Source of the DNA: an uncultured Chloroflexia bacterium
GTDB taxonomy: Bacteria; Chloroflexota; Limnocylindria; Limnocylindrales; CSP1-4
Assembly: GCA_963813335.1 (NCBI GenBank)
Contig: CAWEYL010000004.1
Location: 32,001-96,000 of the forward strand
Length of the DNA stretch: 64,000 bases
Reading direction: 5' to 3'
Made by a program: the position numbers and the translations under genes. Positions 19,529-29,824 of the stretch are shown here, piece after piece (within the stretch, counting starts at the first letter, position 1; every line of letters starts with the position of its first letter). The notes beneath the pieces are model-generated. The model saw nothing but the letters and a program-made list of their open reading frames with translations, was not told the DNA's origin and did no database searches.

Positions 19529-20686
19529 ATGCAGCGGATCCTCATCCTCGGTGGCGGCGTCGGGGGGACGCTCACCGCGAACCTGCTGGTGAAGAAGCTT
19601 CGGGCGCGGATCGACAGCGGCGCCGTCGACGTCATGGTGGTCGATTCGACCGGCGAGCACGTCTACCAGCCCGGGTTCATGTACATCGCCATGGGCGGCG
19701 AGCGGGCCGCGAACCTGCATCGGCCGGAGCGCTCGCTGCTCGACAAGCGGGTGTCGCTCGTCGTCGGCGAGGTCGCCGCGATCGATGAGGCCCGCCGCGT
19801 CGTCACCCTGAAGGACGGGCTGCCGCTCGGCTACGACCAGCTGGTGCTGGCGACCGGCTCGCGCATCGTGCCCGAGGCGATCGAGCACTTCGACGAGGAA
19901 GCCCACCACTTCTACACGGCCGAGGCGGCCGCGGAGCTGCGCGCGGCGCTCGACGAGTTCGACGGGGGCCGCATCGTCATCGGCATCGCCGGGATGCCCT
20001 ACAAGTGCCCGCCGGCGCCCCTCGAGGTCGCGTTCCTGATCGAGGCCGAGCTGCGCGAGCGGGGGATCCGCAAGCGCTCCACGATCGACTTCTGCTCGCC
20101 GATCGGGCGGGCGTTCACCATCGAGAGCGTCTCCGAGATGGCCACGCCGATCCTGGCCGAGAAGGGCATCGAGCTGCACACGTTCTTCAATGTCGAGTCG
20201 ATCGACCCCGAGCGCAAGGTGGTCGAGAGCCTCGAGGGCGAGGAGCTGCCGTACGACCTGCTCATCCTCGTCCCGCCGCACAAGGGCCAGCAGTTCCTCA
20301 TGGACTCCGGGCTGGCGCCCGCCCCCGGAGGCTGGCTGCCGACGGACCGCGCCACGCTCCAGGTGGGCGGGCGGCCCGACGTGTACGCCCTCGGCGACGC
20401 GACGGACCTGCCGCTGTCCAAGGCCGGCTCCACGGCCCACTTCGAGGCCCCCGTCGTGACCGAGCGGATCGTGGCGGCGATCGAGGGGCGCGCCGTGGAC
20501 CACGCCCGCGGCGACTACATGGGCAAGGTCATGTGCTTCTTCGAGATCGGCGACGGGAAGGGCACCCTCCTCCAGTTCGACTACGACCATCCGCCCCGCC
20601 CGCCCAAGCCGAATCGGCTGTGGCACCTCGGCAAGATCGTCTTCAACAAGACCTACTGGCACACCGTGCCGAAGGGCCGGGTCTAG
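19529..20686 (+). CDS. sulfide:quinone oxidoreductase-like FAD-dependent oxidoreductase
   Basis: ILGGGVGG FAD motif, HVYQPG, PYKCPPAPLE, GDAT, KVMCFFE (two catalytic-type Cys). Confidence 0.87.
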   Translation: MQRILILGGGVGGTLTANLLVKKLRARIDSGAVDVMVVDSTGEHVYQPGFMYIAMGGERAANLHRPERSLLDKRVSLVVGEVAAIDEARRVVTLKDGLPLGYDQLVLATGSRIVPEAIEHFDEEAHHFYTAEAAAELRAALDEFDGGRIVIGIAGMPYKCPPAPLEVAFLIEAELRERGIRKRSTIDFCSPIGRAFTIESVSEMATPILAEKGIELHTFFNVESIDPERKVVESLEGEELPYDLLILVPPHKGQQFLMDSGLAPAPGGWLPTDRATLQVGGRPDVYALGDATDLPLSKAGSTAHFEAPVVTERIVAAIEGRAVDHARGDYMGKVMCFFEIGDGKGTLLQFDYDHPPRPPKPNRLWHLGKIVFNKTYWHTVPKGRV

Positions 20687-20912
20687 CCCCGGCGCCGCCG
20701 TCGCGCAGGCCGCGCTGATGGCGGCCGTCCCATTCCGGGGGCCTGCCGCTACCGGCTAGCGGTCTGTCCCGGTCCGCGCGCGACCGCGCGGATGTGTCCC
20801 CCATCGCGGTGGGGATTCACCGTATGCTCCTCCCTCGGCGCTCCGCCTCCCGCGGCGCGCCCCGGCGCCCCGAGCGGGCCGGACCGCGAGACAGCTTCCG
20901 GGGAGCAACCAG

Positions 20913-22463
20913 ATGCCGACCTCCGACGCACGGGTGACGCGGGCGACCGCGGGCTTCGATCCGCTTCCTTCACGAGCCAGGTCGGCGGGATCGCGCATCG
21001 CCGTCGCGGCCGCGGCCCCGCCCGACACCGAGGCTCTCGGGATCCCGGTCGCGTCGAGCGGCGAGGTGCCGTCGATCATCGGCGTCGACCGCGAGCGGCT
21101 GCTCGAGAGCGGCTTCAGCGGGGCCCTCGGCCAGACGCTCGCCCTGCCCCACGCCGAGCGGCCCGTCGTGGTCGCGGTCGGGGTCGGCGAACCGGGGACC
21201 CTCGACGGCGCCGGCCTGCGCGACGCGGCCGCCGCGTTCGCCCGGGCCGCCGCCCGGGACGGCGTCCTCGCCACGACCCTCGCCGAGGTCGCCGAGGTCG
21301 GGCCGGAGGAGGCCGGTCAGGCCGTCGTCGAAGGCGTCCTCATGGCCCGCTATCGCTACCGCGCGTTCGCGGACCGGCCCGGGGAGGCGCCGCTGACCGG
21401 GCTGACCCTGGTGGCCGGCGCGAAGCGGGGGGCCATCAGCGCCGGTGCCGAGCGCGGACGGGTGCTGGCCGAAGCCGTCCAGGTGGCCCGCGACCTGGCG
21501 AACACCCCGGCCACGCACCTGACCGCGACCCGCATGGCCGAGGTCGCGATGGTCCTCGGCGCGGAGACCGGCCTGACGGTGGAGGTGTTCGACAACGCCG
21601 CCCTCACGGCGCTCGGCTGCGGTGGGCTCCTCGGCGTGAACCAGGGCAGCGACGAGCCCGCCCGCATGGTCAAGCTGACCTACACGCCGCGGAAGCGCGA
21701 CGGCTCGCCGGCCAGGCCGAAGGGCCACCTCGCGCTCGTCGGCAAGGGGATCATGTACGACGCGGGCGGCATCAGCCTCAAGCCGTCGGACGCGATGCAC
21801 TTCGCGATGAAGCAGGACATGTCGGGTGCGGCTGCCGTCCTCGGCTCGATGATCACGCTCGCGCCGCTGGGCTGCAGGACGGCCGTCACCGGCTACCTGA
21901 TGTGCACGGACAACATGCCGTCGGGCAAGGCGATGCGCCTCGGCGACGTGCTCACCATCCGCGGCGGCAAGACGGTCGAGGTGTTCAACACGGATGCGGA
22001 GGGGCGCCTGGTCATGGCCGATGCCCTCGTCCTCGCGACCGAGCTCGATCCACGGCCCGACGCGGTCGTCACGATCGCCACCCTGACCGGCGCCGCCCTG
22101 CGGACCTTCGGGACCGCGCTCGCGGCCACGCTGGGCAATGACCCGGCACTCGTCGAGCAGCTCAAGGCAGCCGGGACCCGGACGGACGAGAACGTGTGGG
22201 AACTTCCGCTCGTGAAGCGCTATCGGCGCAAGCTCGATTCGGCGATCGCCGACATCAAGAACCTCGGCGGCGAGAACGCGGGCACCATCACCGCGGGTCT
22301 GTTCCTCGAGGAGTTCACCGGCGACATCCCGTTCGGCCACCTCGACATCTGCGGCCCGATGATGACCGACACCGACGACAGCTGGCGTTCGGTCGGGGCG
22401 ACGGCCTTCGGGACGCGCCTCCTCAGCGACCTCGCGATGCACTTCCAGCCGCCCCGCGGCTGA
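20913..22463 (+). CDS. pepA: leucyl aminopeptidase (M17)
   Basis: VGKGIMYDAGGISLK, MKQDMSG, NTDAEGRL, IATLTGA. Confidence 0.92.
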   Translation: MPTSDARVTRATAGFDPLPSRARSAGSRIAVAAAAPPDTEALGIPVASSGEVPSIIGVDRERLLESGFSGALGQTLALPHAERPVVVAVGVGEPGTLDGAGLRDAAAAFARAAARDGVLATTLAEVAEVGPEEAGQAVVEGVLMARYRYRAFADRPGEAPLTGLTLVAGAKRGAISAGAERGRVLAEAVQVARDLANTPATHLTATRMAEVAMVLGAETGLTVEVFDNAALTALGCGGLLGVNQGSDEPARMVKLTYTPRKRDGSPARPKGHLALVGKGIMYDAGGISLKPSDAMHFAMKQDMSGAAAVLGSMITLAPLGCRTAVTGYLMCTDNMPSGKAMRLGDVLTIRGGKTVEVFNTDAEGRLVMADALVLATELDPRPDAVVTIATLTGAALRTFGTALAATLGNDPALVEQLKAAGTRTDENVWELPLVKRYRRKLDSAIADIKNLGGENAGTITAGLFLEEFTGDIPFGHLDICGPMMTDTDDSWRSVGATAFGTRLLSDLAMHFQPPRG

Positions 22464-22499
22464 CGGCCCGACACCCGTAGCCCCGAGGGAGCCCGACCC

Positions 22500-24149
22500 A
22501 TGAGCGACGCCACCGACGCGACCGCCCCGCAGCACACGTTCCTCGGCCGGATGCTCGACACGATCGAGCGCGTCGGGAACAAGGTGCCCCACCCCGCGAT
22601 CATCTTCATCATCCTGATCGCCGGTGTGATCGTGCTCTCCCAGCTCCTGTTCTGGGCGGGCGTCAGCGTGACCTACGACGTCGTCGAGCCGCCGCCCGTC
22701 ACGGGCGAGGTGGGCTACCCGCCCGGCAGCGCGGTCGAGGTCCCGCAGATCCCGGTGCCCGACCACTCCGGCACCGACGAGATGCACGTCGCGACCGAGA
22801 CGACCGCGGTCAAGGGCCTGCTCACCGCCGACGGCATCCGCTTCATGATCACCTCGCCGGTCGCCAACTTCAACAACTTCGGCGTGGTCGGGATCATCCT
22901 CGTTGCGATGCTCGGCGTGGGCCTCGCCGAGGAGGCCGGGCTGATCGGCGCCATCATCCGGCTGCTGGTCCGCTCGTCCCCGCGCGGCCTCATCACGTTC
23001 ATCATCGTGCTCATCGGGATCCTCTCGAGCGTCGCCACGGACGCCGGCTACCTCGTGCTGATCCCGCTCGCCGCAGCCGCCTTCCACAGCATGGGCCGCC
23101 ACCCGCTGGCCGGCCTGGCCGCCGGGTTCGCGGGGGTCGGCGCCGCCTTCGGGGTCAACCTGCTGATCGCCCCGATCGACGGGATCATGACCGAGGTCGC
23201 CAACGAATCGATCGCCCTCGTGGACCCGTCGCGCACGATCGACGTCACCGCGAACTACTTCTTCGCCGTGGTGTCGACGTTCTTCCTCGCGATCCTCATC
23301 ACGATCATGACCGAGAAGGTCATCGAGCCACGCCTAGGCAAGTACTCGGGCGACGCCGTCGCCGAGCCCACGGACAAGGTCTCCGACGAGGAGCGTCGCG
23401 GCCTCAAGTACGCGCTCTACGGGTTCCTCGGCGCCCTGGCGGTGATCCTGCTCATCACCCTGCCGCCCGGCGCGCCGCTGCGCAACGAGACGACGGGCGA
23501 GATCTTCGGGGATTCGCCGTTCATGTCCGGCATCCTCGTGATCATCAGCATCTTCTTCGGGGTCGCCGGCTACGCCTACGGCAAGGGCGCCGGCACGGTC
23601 AAGAACAGCGTCGATGCCATCAACGGCGTGGTGAAGACCTACTCCGGCCTGGCCGGCCTGATCTTCCTGCTGCTGATCATCGCCCAGTTCATCGCCTTCT
23701 TCAATTACACGAACATCGCCACCGTCCTGGCGGTCAACCTGGCCGACTGGCTCGAGGCGGCCGGGCTCGGACCGGTCCCGCTGATCATCGGCTTCGTGCT
23801 TGTGACGGCCCTCCTGGACATCATCATCCCGGGGGTCATCCCGAAGTGGGCGATCTTCGCGCCCATCTTCATCCCGCTGTTCCTGCGCCTCGATATCGCG
23901 CCGCAGCTCGTGCTGGCCGCCTATCGCGTCGGCGATTCGCCGTTCAACGTCGTCACCCCGCTGATGGCCTACTTCGCGGTCATCGTCGTGTTCGCCCAGC
24001 GATACGACAAGAACGCCGGCGTGGGCACGATCGTGTCGCTGATGATCCCGTACACCTTCGTGATCCTCTTCGCCTGGACCGTGTTCCTCGTCGTCTGGTT
24101 CCTGATCGGGATCCCGCTCGGACCGGGAGCGCCCGTGCACCTGACGTGA
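22500..24149 (+). CDS. AbgT family transporter
   Basis: IERVGNKVPHP, GRHPLAG, AYRVGDSPFN, GVGTIVSLMIPY. Confidence 0.92.
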   Translation: MSDATDATAPQHTFLGRMLDTIERVGNKVPHPAIIFIILIAGVIVLSQLLFWAGVSVTYDVVEPPPVTGEVGYPPGSAVEVPQIPVPDHSGTDEMHVATETTAVKGLLTADGIRFMITSPVANFNNFGVVGIILVAMLGVGLAEEAGLIGAIIRLLVRSSPRGLITFIIVLIGILSSVATDAGYLVLIPLAAAAFHSMGRHPLAGLAAGFAGVGAAFGVNLLIAPIDGIMTEVANESIALVDPSRTIDVTANYFFAVVSTFFLAILITIMTEKVIEPRLGKYSGDAVAEPTDKVSDEERRGLKYALYGFLGALAVILLITLPPGAPLRNETTGEIFGDSPFMSGILVIISIFFGVAGYAYGKGAGTVKNSVDAINGVVKTYSGLAGLIFLLLIIAQFIAFFNYTNIATVLAVNLADWLEAAGLGPVPLIIGFVLVTALLDIIIPGVIPKWAIFAPIFIPLFLRLDIAPQLVLAAYRVGDSPFNVVTPLMAYFAVIVVFAQRYDKNAGVGTIVSLMIPYTFVILFAWTVFLVVWFLIGIPLGPGAPVHLT

Positions 24150-24186
24150 CCCGGCTCGTCAGCGCCGGGCCACCGCGGGGTGGCGC

Positions 24187-25752
24187 GTGAGCGACGTCGC
24201 GATCACGTTCGCGATCCTGCTCGCGGTCGTCCTCGCCTTCGTCTCGAACCGGTTCCCGGTCGGCATCGTCGCCATCGGTGCCGCACTCGCGCTCTACTTC
24301 ACGGGCGTGCTCGACCTGACCCAGGCGCTGGCAGGGTTCGGCGACCAGGCCGTGATCTTCATCGCGGCCCTCTTCGTGGTCAGCGAGGGCCTCGACGCCA
24401 GCGGCGTCACGACGTGGGCCGGCCAGGAGTTGATCGCGCGGGTCGGCGACAGCCGGACGCGGCTCATCGTGCTGATGATGCTGCTGGTCGCTGGGCTGAC
24501 CGCGCTGATCAGCGTCAACGGCGCGGTCGCGGCGTTGCTCCCGGTGATCGTCGTCATCGGCGTCCGCCTGGGGCGGTCGCCGTCGCAGCTCCTGATGCCG
24601 CTGGTCTTCGGCGCCCACGCCGGATCGATGCTGGCCCTGACCGGGACACCCGTGAACGTGATCATCAACGAGGCGGCCGCGACCTACGGCGGACGGCCGT
24701 TCGGCTTCTTCGAGTTCGCGCTGGTCGGCGTCCCGCTCGTCGTCGGCACCATCCTGATCGTCCTGTTCTTCGGCGAGCGGCTCCTGCCGTCGCGCAAGCC
24801 GCGCGGGTTGCCGACCGACTTCAGCGAGCACGCCCGGACCCTCGTCGACCAGTACCGCCTCGACGACGATGCCCTCGGGCTGATCAGCCGGACCTCGGGC
24901 GTCGCCGAGGTGGTCATCCCGCCGCGCTCCGAGTTCGTGGGCGACACGGTGTTCCCGGGGATGGTCACCGATAGCGGCGACCTCATCATCACGGCGATCC
25001 AGCGCAAGGGCGAGGACCGCGGCCCCGGCGAGACGGTCCTCGCCGTCGGCGACGTGCTCCTGCTGCGCGGCCCGTGGGCCGCCCTCGACGAGAACCTCGC
25101 CGACGCGAACCTCCTCGTCGTCGACGCCCCCGAGCAGATCCGCCGCCAGACGATCCCGCTCGGCCTCGGCGCGAAGGAGGCCATCGTCGTGCTGGGCGCG
25201 ATGGTCGTGATGCTCGTGACCGGGGTCGTGCCCTCGGTCGTCGCCGGCCTGCTGGCGGCCGGGGCGATGGTGCTGCTGCGCGTGGTGACGGTGGACGGCG
25301 CCTACCGGGCCATCAACTGGACGACCGTCGTGCTGGTCGCCGGGATGATCCCGCTCTCGACGGCGATGACCCAGACGGGCGCCGCGAACCAGGTGGCCGA
25401 CGCGCTCGTCGGCGTCGTCCGGAACGCCGGGCCGTATGCCCTGCTGGCCGGGCTGTTCGCCATCACCGCGGTCTTCGGCCAGCTCATCAGCAACATGGCC
25501 ACGGCCCTCATCGTGATCCCCATCGCCGTCGCCGCGGCAGTGGAGCTCGGCGTGTCGCCGCAGCCGGTGCTGATGTCCGTGACGGTCGCCGCGGCCGCTT
25601 CGTACCTGACGCCGGTCGCTACCCCGGTGAACATGATGGTGATGGGCCCCGGCGGCTACCGCTTCGGCGACTACTGGAAGCTGGGGCTCCCGCTGCTGGC
25701 CCTGTCGTTCGTCGTGTCGGTCTTCGTGGTGCCGTTCTTCTGGCCGTTCTAG
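24187..25752 (+). CDS. SLC13 family permease with TrkA-C domain
   Basis: LTGTPVN, QLISNMAT, TPVATPVNMMVMGPGGYRFGDYWKLGLP. Confidence 0.9.
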   Translation: MSDVAITFAILLAVVLAFVSNRFPVGIVAIGAALALYFTGVLDLTQALAGFGDQAVIFIAALFVVSEGLDASGVTTWAGQELIARVGDSRTRLIVLMMLLVAGLTALISVNGAVAALLPVIVVIGVRLGRSPSQLLMPLVFGAHAGSMLALTGTPVNVIINEAAATYGGRPFGFFEFALVGVPLVVGTILIVLFFGERLLPSRKPRGLPTDFSEHARTLVDQYRLDDDALGLISRTSGVAEVVIPPRSEFVGDTVFPGMVTDSGDLIITAIQRKGEDRGPGETVLAVGDVLLLRGPWAALDENLADANLLVVDAPEQIRRQTIPLGLGAKEAIVVLGAMVVMLVTGVVPSVVAGLLAAGAMVLLRVVTVDGAYRAINWTTVVLVAGMIPLSTAMTQTGAANQVADALVGVVRNAGPYALLAGLFAITAVFGQLISNMATALIVIPIAVAAAVELGVSPQPVLMSVTVAAAASYLTPVATPVNMMVMGPGGYRFGDYWKLGLPLLALSFVVSVFVVPFFWPF

Positions 25753-25780
25753 TCGGTCGGGACGCCCGACCGACGTCGGT

Positions 25781-27043
25781 TCACGGGGCGATCCCGGGGT
25801 CGTAGATCTCGGCCTCGGCGACGGCCGCTCCGGTGGCGGCGCTGCCGCCGATCACGAGCACCGTGCCGTCCGACAGCAAGGTCGCCGTGTGGTTCGTTCG
25901 GGCGTGACTCATGTCCGCCGTCGGCACCCAGGTCCCGCTGCCGGGGTCGTAGCGCTCCGCGGAGGCGAGCGGGTCGTCGCCGTACCCACCCGCGACGAGC
26001 ACGGTCCCGTCCGTCAACAGGGTCGCCGTGTACGCGAATCGAGCGTGGGCCATGTTCCCGGTCGTCATCCACGAGCCGAGTCCAGGGTCGAACAGCTCCG
26101 CTGAGCCCAGTCGACCGGGACGCGTCACCAGCACCGAGCCGTCGTCCAGCAGCGTGGCGGTATGTCCGGCCCGGCCTTCGTGCAGCGCTCCGGTGGTCGT
26201 CCACGACTTGCGGTCTGGGTCGTACAGCTCCGCCGAGGCGAGCGCCGTGTTCGCCGGCGAGACCTCCTGCGTGTCGGTCCCCACGCCGCCGACGACGAGG
26301 ACAGTGCCGTCGGGAAGGAGCGTGGCGGTGTGACCCGCGCGGGCGTCAGTCATGTCGCCCACGGCCGTCCACGTCCGGCCCGCCGGGTCGTACACCTCCG
26401 CGCTTGCCAGAGGGCTTCCGTTCCCACCGTTATGGCTGGCCCCGCCCGTAACGAGGACGGTGCCGTCAGGGAGGAGCGTGGCCGTGTGGCCGGCGCGGGC
26501 GTGGGCCATGTCGCCGACCGCCGCCCACGATCCGCGCGCCGGGTCATAGACCTCGGCGGACGCCGTGGGCGTCGTCTCATCCTTCGTCGAGAACCCACCT
26601 GCGACGAGCACGGTGCGATCGGGCAGGAGCGTCGCGGTGTGTCCGTAGCGGGCCTCGGCGAGCGGCGCCGTGATGACCCACGGACCGCTCGGGTCTGCCA
26701 TCTCGGTCTCGGCGGAGACCTCGCCGGCCGCCGCCCCGCCGATCAGGAAGACGAGCCCGAAGTGCGGCAGCAGCGTGGCCGTGTGCATGCTCCGGGGCCT
26801 CACCATCTTCCCGCCGTCGCGCCACGTGGCGATGGTGCCCACGCCAGGACGGGACGGTTCGGCGGTCGGTCCCTCGGAGTCCATCGCCGTCTCGAGCGTC
26901 GGGATGGCGGTCGCTGACGGCGTGGGCGATGCTGGCGGCGCTGATGTCGTCGAGACACGGGTCGGCTGAGGAGCCGATGCACAGGCGGCGATGAGAAGGG
27001 CAGCCAGCGCGATGGCGCCGGTCCGTGAGTGCGAGGAGCGCAT
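25781..27043 (-). CDS. Kelch-repeat lipoprotein
   Basis: IAAC lipobox, Pro/Ser/Thr linker, about six R-x2-HTATLLxDGxVLVxGG...AExYDP repeats. Confidence 0.9.
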   Translation of the reverse strand: MRSSHSRTGAIALAALLIAACASAPQPTRVSTTSAPPASPTPSATAIPTLETAMDSEGPTAEPSRPGVGTIATWRDGGKMVRPRSMHTATLLPHFGLVFLIGGAAAGEVSAETEMADPSGPWVITAPLAEARYGHTATLLPDRTVLVAGGFSTKDETTPTASAEVYDPARGSWAAVGDMAHARAGHTATLLPDGTVLVTGGASHNGGNGSPLASAEVYDPAGRTWTAVGDMTDARAGHTATLLPDGTVLVVGGVGTDTQEVSPANTALASAELYDPDRKSWTTTGALHEGRAGHTATLLDDGSVLVTRPGRLGSAELFDPGLGSWMTTGNMAHARFAYTATLLTDGTVLVAGGYGDDPLASAERYDPGSGTWVPTADMSHARTNHTATLLSDGTVLVIGGSAATGAAVAEAEIYDPGIAP

Positions 27044-27100
27044 CCGATGTCCTCCGGGCGGGATCCGACCGTGGGACGCCCGAGCGCTCGATCTGCTACG

Positions 27101-29779
27101 TCACGGCCCCGGACGGACCGTCATGACCCCCACCATCCCGGCCTCGGCATGGCCGGGTTCCATGCACCGGTACGTGTAGCGGCCCGGCGCCGGGGCGATG
27201 AACGTGATCGTCTGCGTCTCGCCCGGCCGGGCGACCGCGCCCACGTTGGCCAGCCCGTCGACCATCCAGTCGTGGAAGACCTGCCCGTCGTTGGTGAAGG
27301 TCACGACCACGAGGCCGCCGCTGGTGACGTCGATGGGTGGGCCGGAGAACGCGGTGTCCACCGCAGTCACCGAGACCTGCTGCGCGCCCGCCTGCAGCCA
27401 TCGCTGGACGGCGATCCCGCCCACGGCGATGCCGATGGCGACCAGCGCGATCGCGACCAGGAACGCCGATTCGCGCAGGCGGTCCAGGGGACCGGGACGC
27501 AGCGCCGCCGTCACGTGCGGCCCGGGCCGCAGGTCGAGCCGGCGCAGCCGCAAAGAGTTCGCGACGACGCTCACCGAGGACATCGCCATCGCCGCCGCCG
27601 CGATCGCCGGGTTGAGCAGGATCCCGAAGGCCGGGTACAGCACCCCCATCGCGACCGGGATCAGGACGATGTTGTAGCCGAACGCCCAGGCCAGGTTCTG
27701 GCGGATCACCGCGGTCGTCCGTCGGGACAGCGCCAGCGCCGACCCGACGAGCCGCGGGTCGCCGCCGACGAGCGTGAGGTCGGCGGCCTCGATGGCGATG
27801 TCAGTGCCCGACCCGATCGCGATGCCGACATCCGCCTTGGCCAGCGCCGGCGCGTCGTTGATGCCATCGCCGACCATCGCCACGACCCGCCCGCCCGCCT
27901 GCACCTCGGCGACGATGGCCGCCTTGTCGGCGGGGAGCATCCCGCCCCTGACCCGCTCGGGGGCGATCCCGACCGCCGCCCCGACGAGCGCCGCGGACGC
28001 CGGTGTGTCGCCGGTCACGAGCCACACCTCGACCCCGGCCGCGCGCAGGTCGGCGACGGCCGCCGCGGCGCTCGGCCGGATGGGGTCGGCGATCAGGAAT
28101 GTCGCCGCCGCCCGCCCGTCGATGGCGACATGCACCGGCGTCTCGCCGGACAGGCCGTGGCCGGCGGCGTCGACCGCGACGCCGCGTTCCTCGAGCAGCC
28201 GCGGACTGCCGACCAGCACGGCGTGCCCGTCGACCACGGCGCCCACCCCGCGGCCCGCGAACGACTCGAACCCCTCGATCGGCTGGAACCCGAGCTCGGT
28301 GAGGTTCGCCCGGACCACGATCGCGGCGCCCAGCGGGTGCTCGCTCCCGCGCTCCGCCGACGCAGCCAGGTCGACGACCCGGTCCTCCTGGAAGCCGGGC
28401 TCGACGACGATGCGCTCGACGGTCGGACGGCCGCGGGTCAGCGTCCCGGTCTTGTCGAAGATGACCGCATCGACCTTGCCCGCGCGCTCCAGCGCGGCCG
28501 CGCTGCGGATCAGGATCCCGGTCTCGGCCGCGCGGCCCGTGCCGACCATGACGGCCGTCGGCGTGGCGAGGCCCATCGCGCACGGGCAGGCGATGACGAC
28601 GACCGCGATGAACGTGGTCAGCGCGAACGTGATCTGCGGCTCGGGCCCGGCCAGCGACCAGACGACGAACGTCAGCGCGGCGGTGACCAGTACGACCGGG
28701 ACGAAGACGGCGCTGATGCGGTCGGCCATGCGCTGGATCGGCGCCTTCGAGCCCTGGGCGCGCTGGACGAGCTCGACGATCGAGGCGAGCACGGTGTCCC
28801 GCCCGATCCGCGTCGTCCGCACCACGAGGGTCCCGGAGACGGCCATCGTGGCGCCGATCACCTCGTCGCCCGGGCCGACGTCGACGGGCAGCGGTTCGCC
28901 GGTCAGCATCGACCCGTCGACCGAGGCGCGGCCGTCGACGACGATCCCGTCGACCGGCACCTTCTCGCCGGGCCGGATGCGGATCAGGTCCCCGACGAGG
29001 ATCGCGTCGAGCGGGACGTCCGCCTCGCGCCCGTCCTCGATGCGGCGCGCCGTCATCGGCTGCAGGCCGACCAGGCGGCGGATCGCGCCGCGCGTCTGGT
29101 CCTTGGCGCGCGACTCCAGCCAGCGCCCCAGCAGGACGAGCCCGATGATGATCGTGGAGCTGTCGAAGTAGGTCTCGGGGTGCAGGCCGGCCTCGTGGAT
29201 GACCGACGGGAAGAGCGTCACGAAGACGCTGTAGGCCCACGCCGCGCTGGTCCCGACCGCGACCAGCGTGTCCATGTTCGTGGTGCCGTGCCGGGCCGCC
29301 CGCAGCGCGGCCACATAGAAGCGGCGCCCGGCCCAGACCTGGATGACCGTGGCCGGGATCAGTGCGAGCCGGTTGATGGTCGTCATCTCGACGACGGTCT
29401 GCGGCCAGAACATCACGACCATCAGGACCAGCGCGACCGCGATCGAGGCGATGGCCTGGACCAGCAGGGTCCGGCGCTCGCGCGCCCGGAGGAGGTCCTC
29501 CGGGTCGGCCGCCAGGGGGGATGCCGCGGCGGTCTCGGGCCGGACGTCGTAGCCCGCTGCGGCGATCGCCGCCACGACCTCGGCCCGCCCGGCCACGCCC
29601 GGGTCGACCGTGACGGTCGCCCGCTCGGTGGCGAGGTTGACGTTGGCCTCCACGACGCCGTCGGTCTTGTCGAGGAACCGCTCGATGCGGTTGACGCAGG
29701 AGGCGCAGGTCATGCCCGCGATCGGGAGGACGATCTCGATCGGGCGGACCGGCGGGGTGGACGGCTCGGCGGCGTTCAT
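27101..29779 (-). CDS. copA: Cu(I)-translocating P1B-1 ATPase with C-terminal cupredoxin fusion
   Basis: GMTCASC, TGE, CPC, DKTGT, HP, GDGIND, YN and MxxSS; extra TM followed by H...[11 protein letters not shown] type-1 Cu motif. Confidence 0.93.
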   Translation of the reverse strand: MNAAEPSTPPVRPIEIVLPIAGMTCASCVNRIERFLDKTDGVVEANVNLATERATVTVDPGVAGRAEVVAAIAAAGYDVRPETAAASPLAADPEDLLRARERRTLLVQAIASIAVALVLMVVMFWPQTVVEMTTINRLALIPATVIQVWAGRRFYVAALRAARHGTTNMDTLVAVGTSAAWAYSVFVTLFPSVIHEAGLHPETYFDSSTIIIGLVLLGRWLESRAKDQTRGAIRRLVGLQPMTARRIEDGREADVPLDAILVGDLIRIRPGEKVPVDGIVVDGRASVDGSMLTGEPLPVDVGPGDEVIGATMAVSGTLVVRTTRIGRDTVLASIVELVQRAQGSKAPIQRMADRISAVFVPVVLVTAALTFVVWSLAGPEPQITFALTTFIAVVVIACPCAMGLATPTAVMVGTGRAAETGILIRSAAALERAGKVDAVIFDKTGTLTRGRPTVERIVVEPGFQEDRVVDLAASAERGSEHPLGAAIVVRANLTELGFQPIEGFESFAGRGVGAVVDGHAVLVGSPRLLEERGVAVDAAGHGLSGETPVHVAIDGRAAATFLIADPIRPSAAAAVADLRAAGVEVWLVTGDTPASAALVGAAVGIAPERVRGGMLPADKAAIVAEVQAGGRVVAMVGDGINDAPALAKADVGIAIGSGTDIAIEAADLTLVGGDPRLVGSALALSRRTTAVIRQNLAWAFGYNIVLIPVAMGVLYPAFGILLNPAIAAAAMAMSSVSVVANSLRLRRLDLRPGPHVTAALRPGPLDRLRESAFLVAIALVAIGIAVGGIAVQRWLQAGAQQVSVTAVDTAFSGPPIDVTSGGLVVVTFTNDGQVFHDWMVDGLANVGAVARPGETQTITFIAPAPGRYTYRCMEPGHAEAGMVGVMTVRPGP

Positions 29780-29803
29780 ACTCCCGCTGAGTATATCAGC
29801 CGC

Positions 29804-29822
29804 GATACCCCCTGGTAGTATC
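29804..29822. promoter_or_regulatory. CsoR-like operator
   Basis: GATACCCCCTGGTAGTATC (ATAC-C/G tract-GTAT) beside minus-strand -10 TATACT (29790-29795) upstream of copA. Confidence 0.65.
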
Positions 29823-29824
29823 GA

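Noticed and set aside
20745-20830. Short hairpins and a TCCCC...GGGGA motif upstream of pepA
   Set aside because: Could be a terminator or operator, but too short and GC-rich to support a call; no riboswitch consensus.
25781-26800. Recurring ~150-bp nucleotide repeats
   Set aside because: Explained by in-frame Kelch repeats of one protein.
27029-29818. 929-aa plus-strand ORF and similar long Arg/Gly/Pro-rich ORFs (e.g. 8317-10470, 20970-23102)
   Set aside because: Antisense or alternate-frame shadows of well-supported genes, with no motifs.
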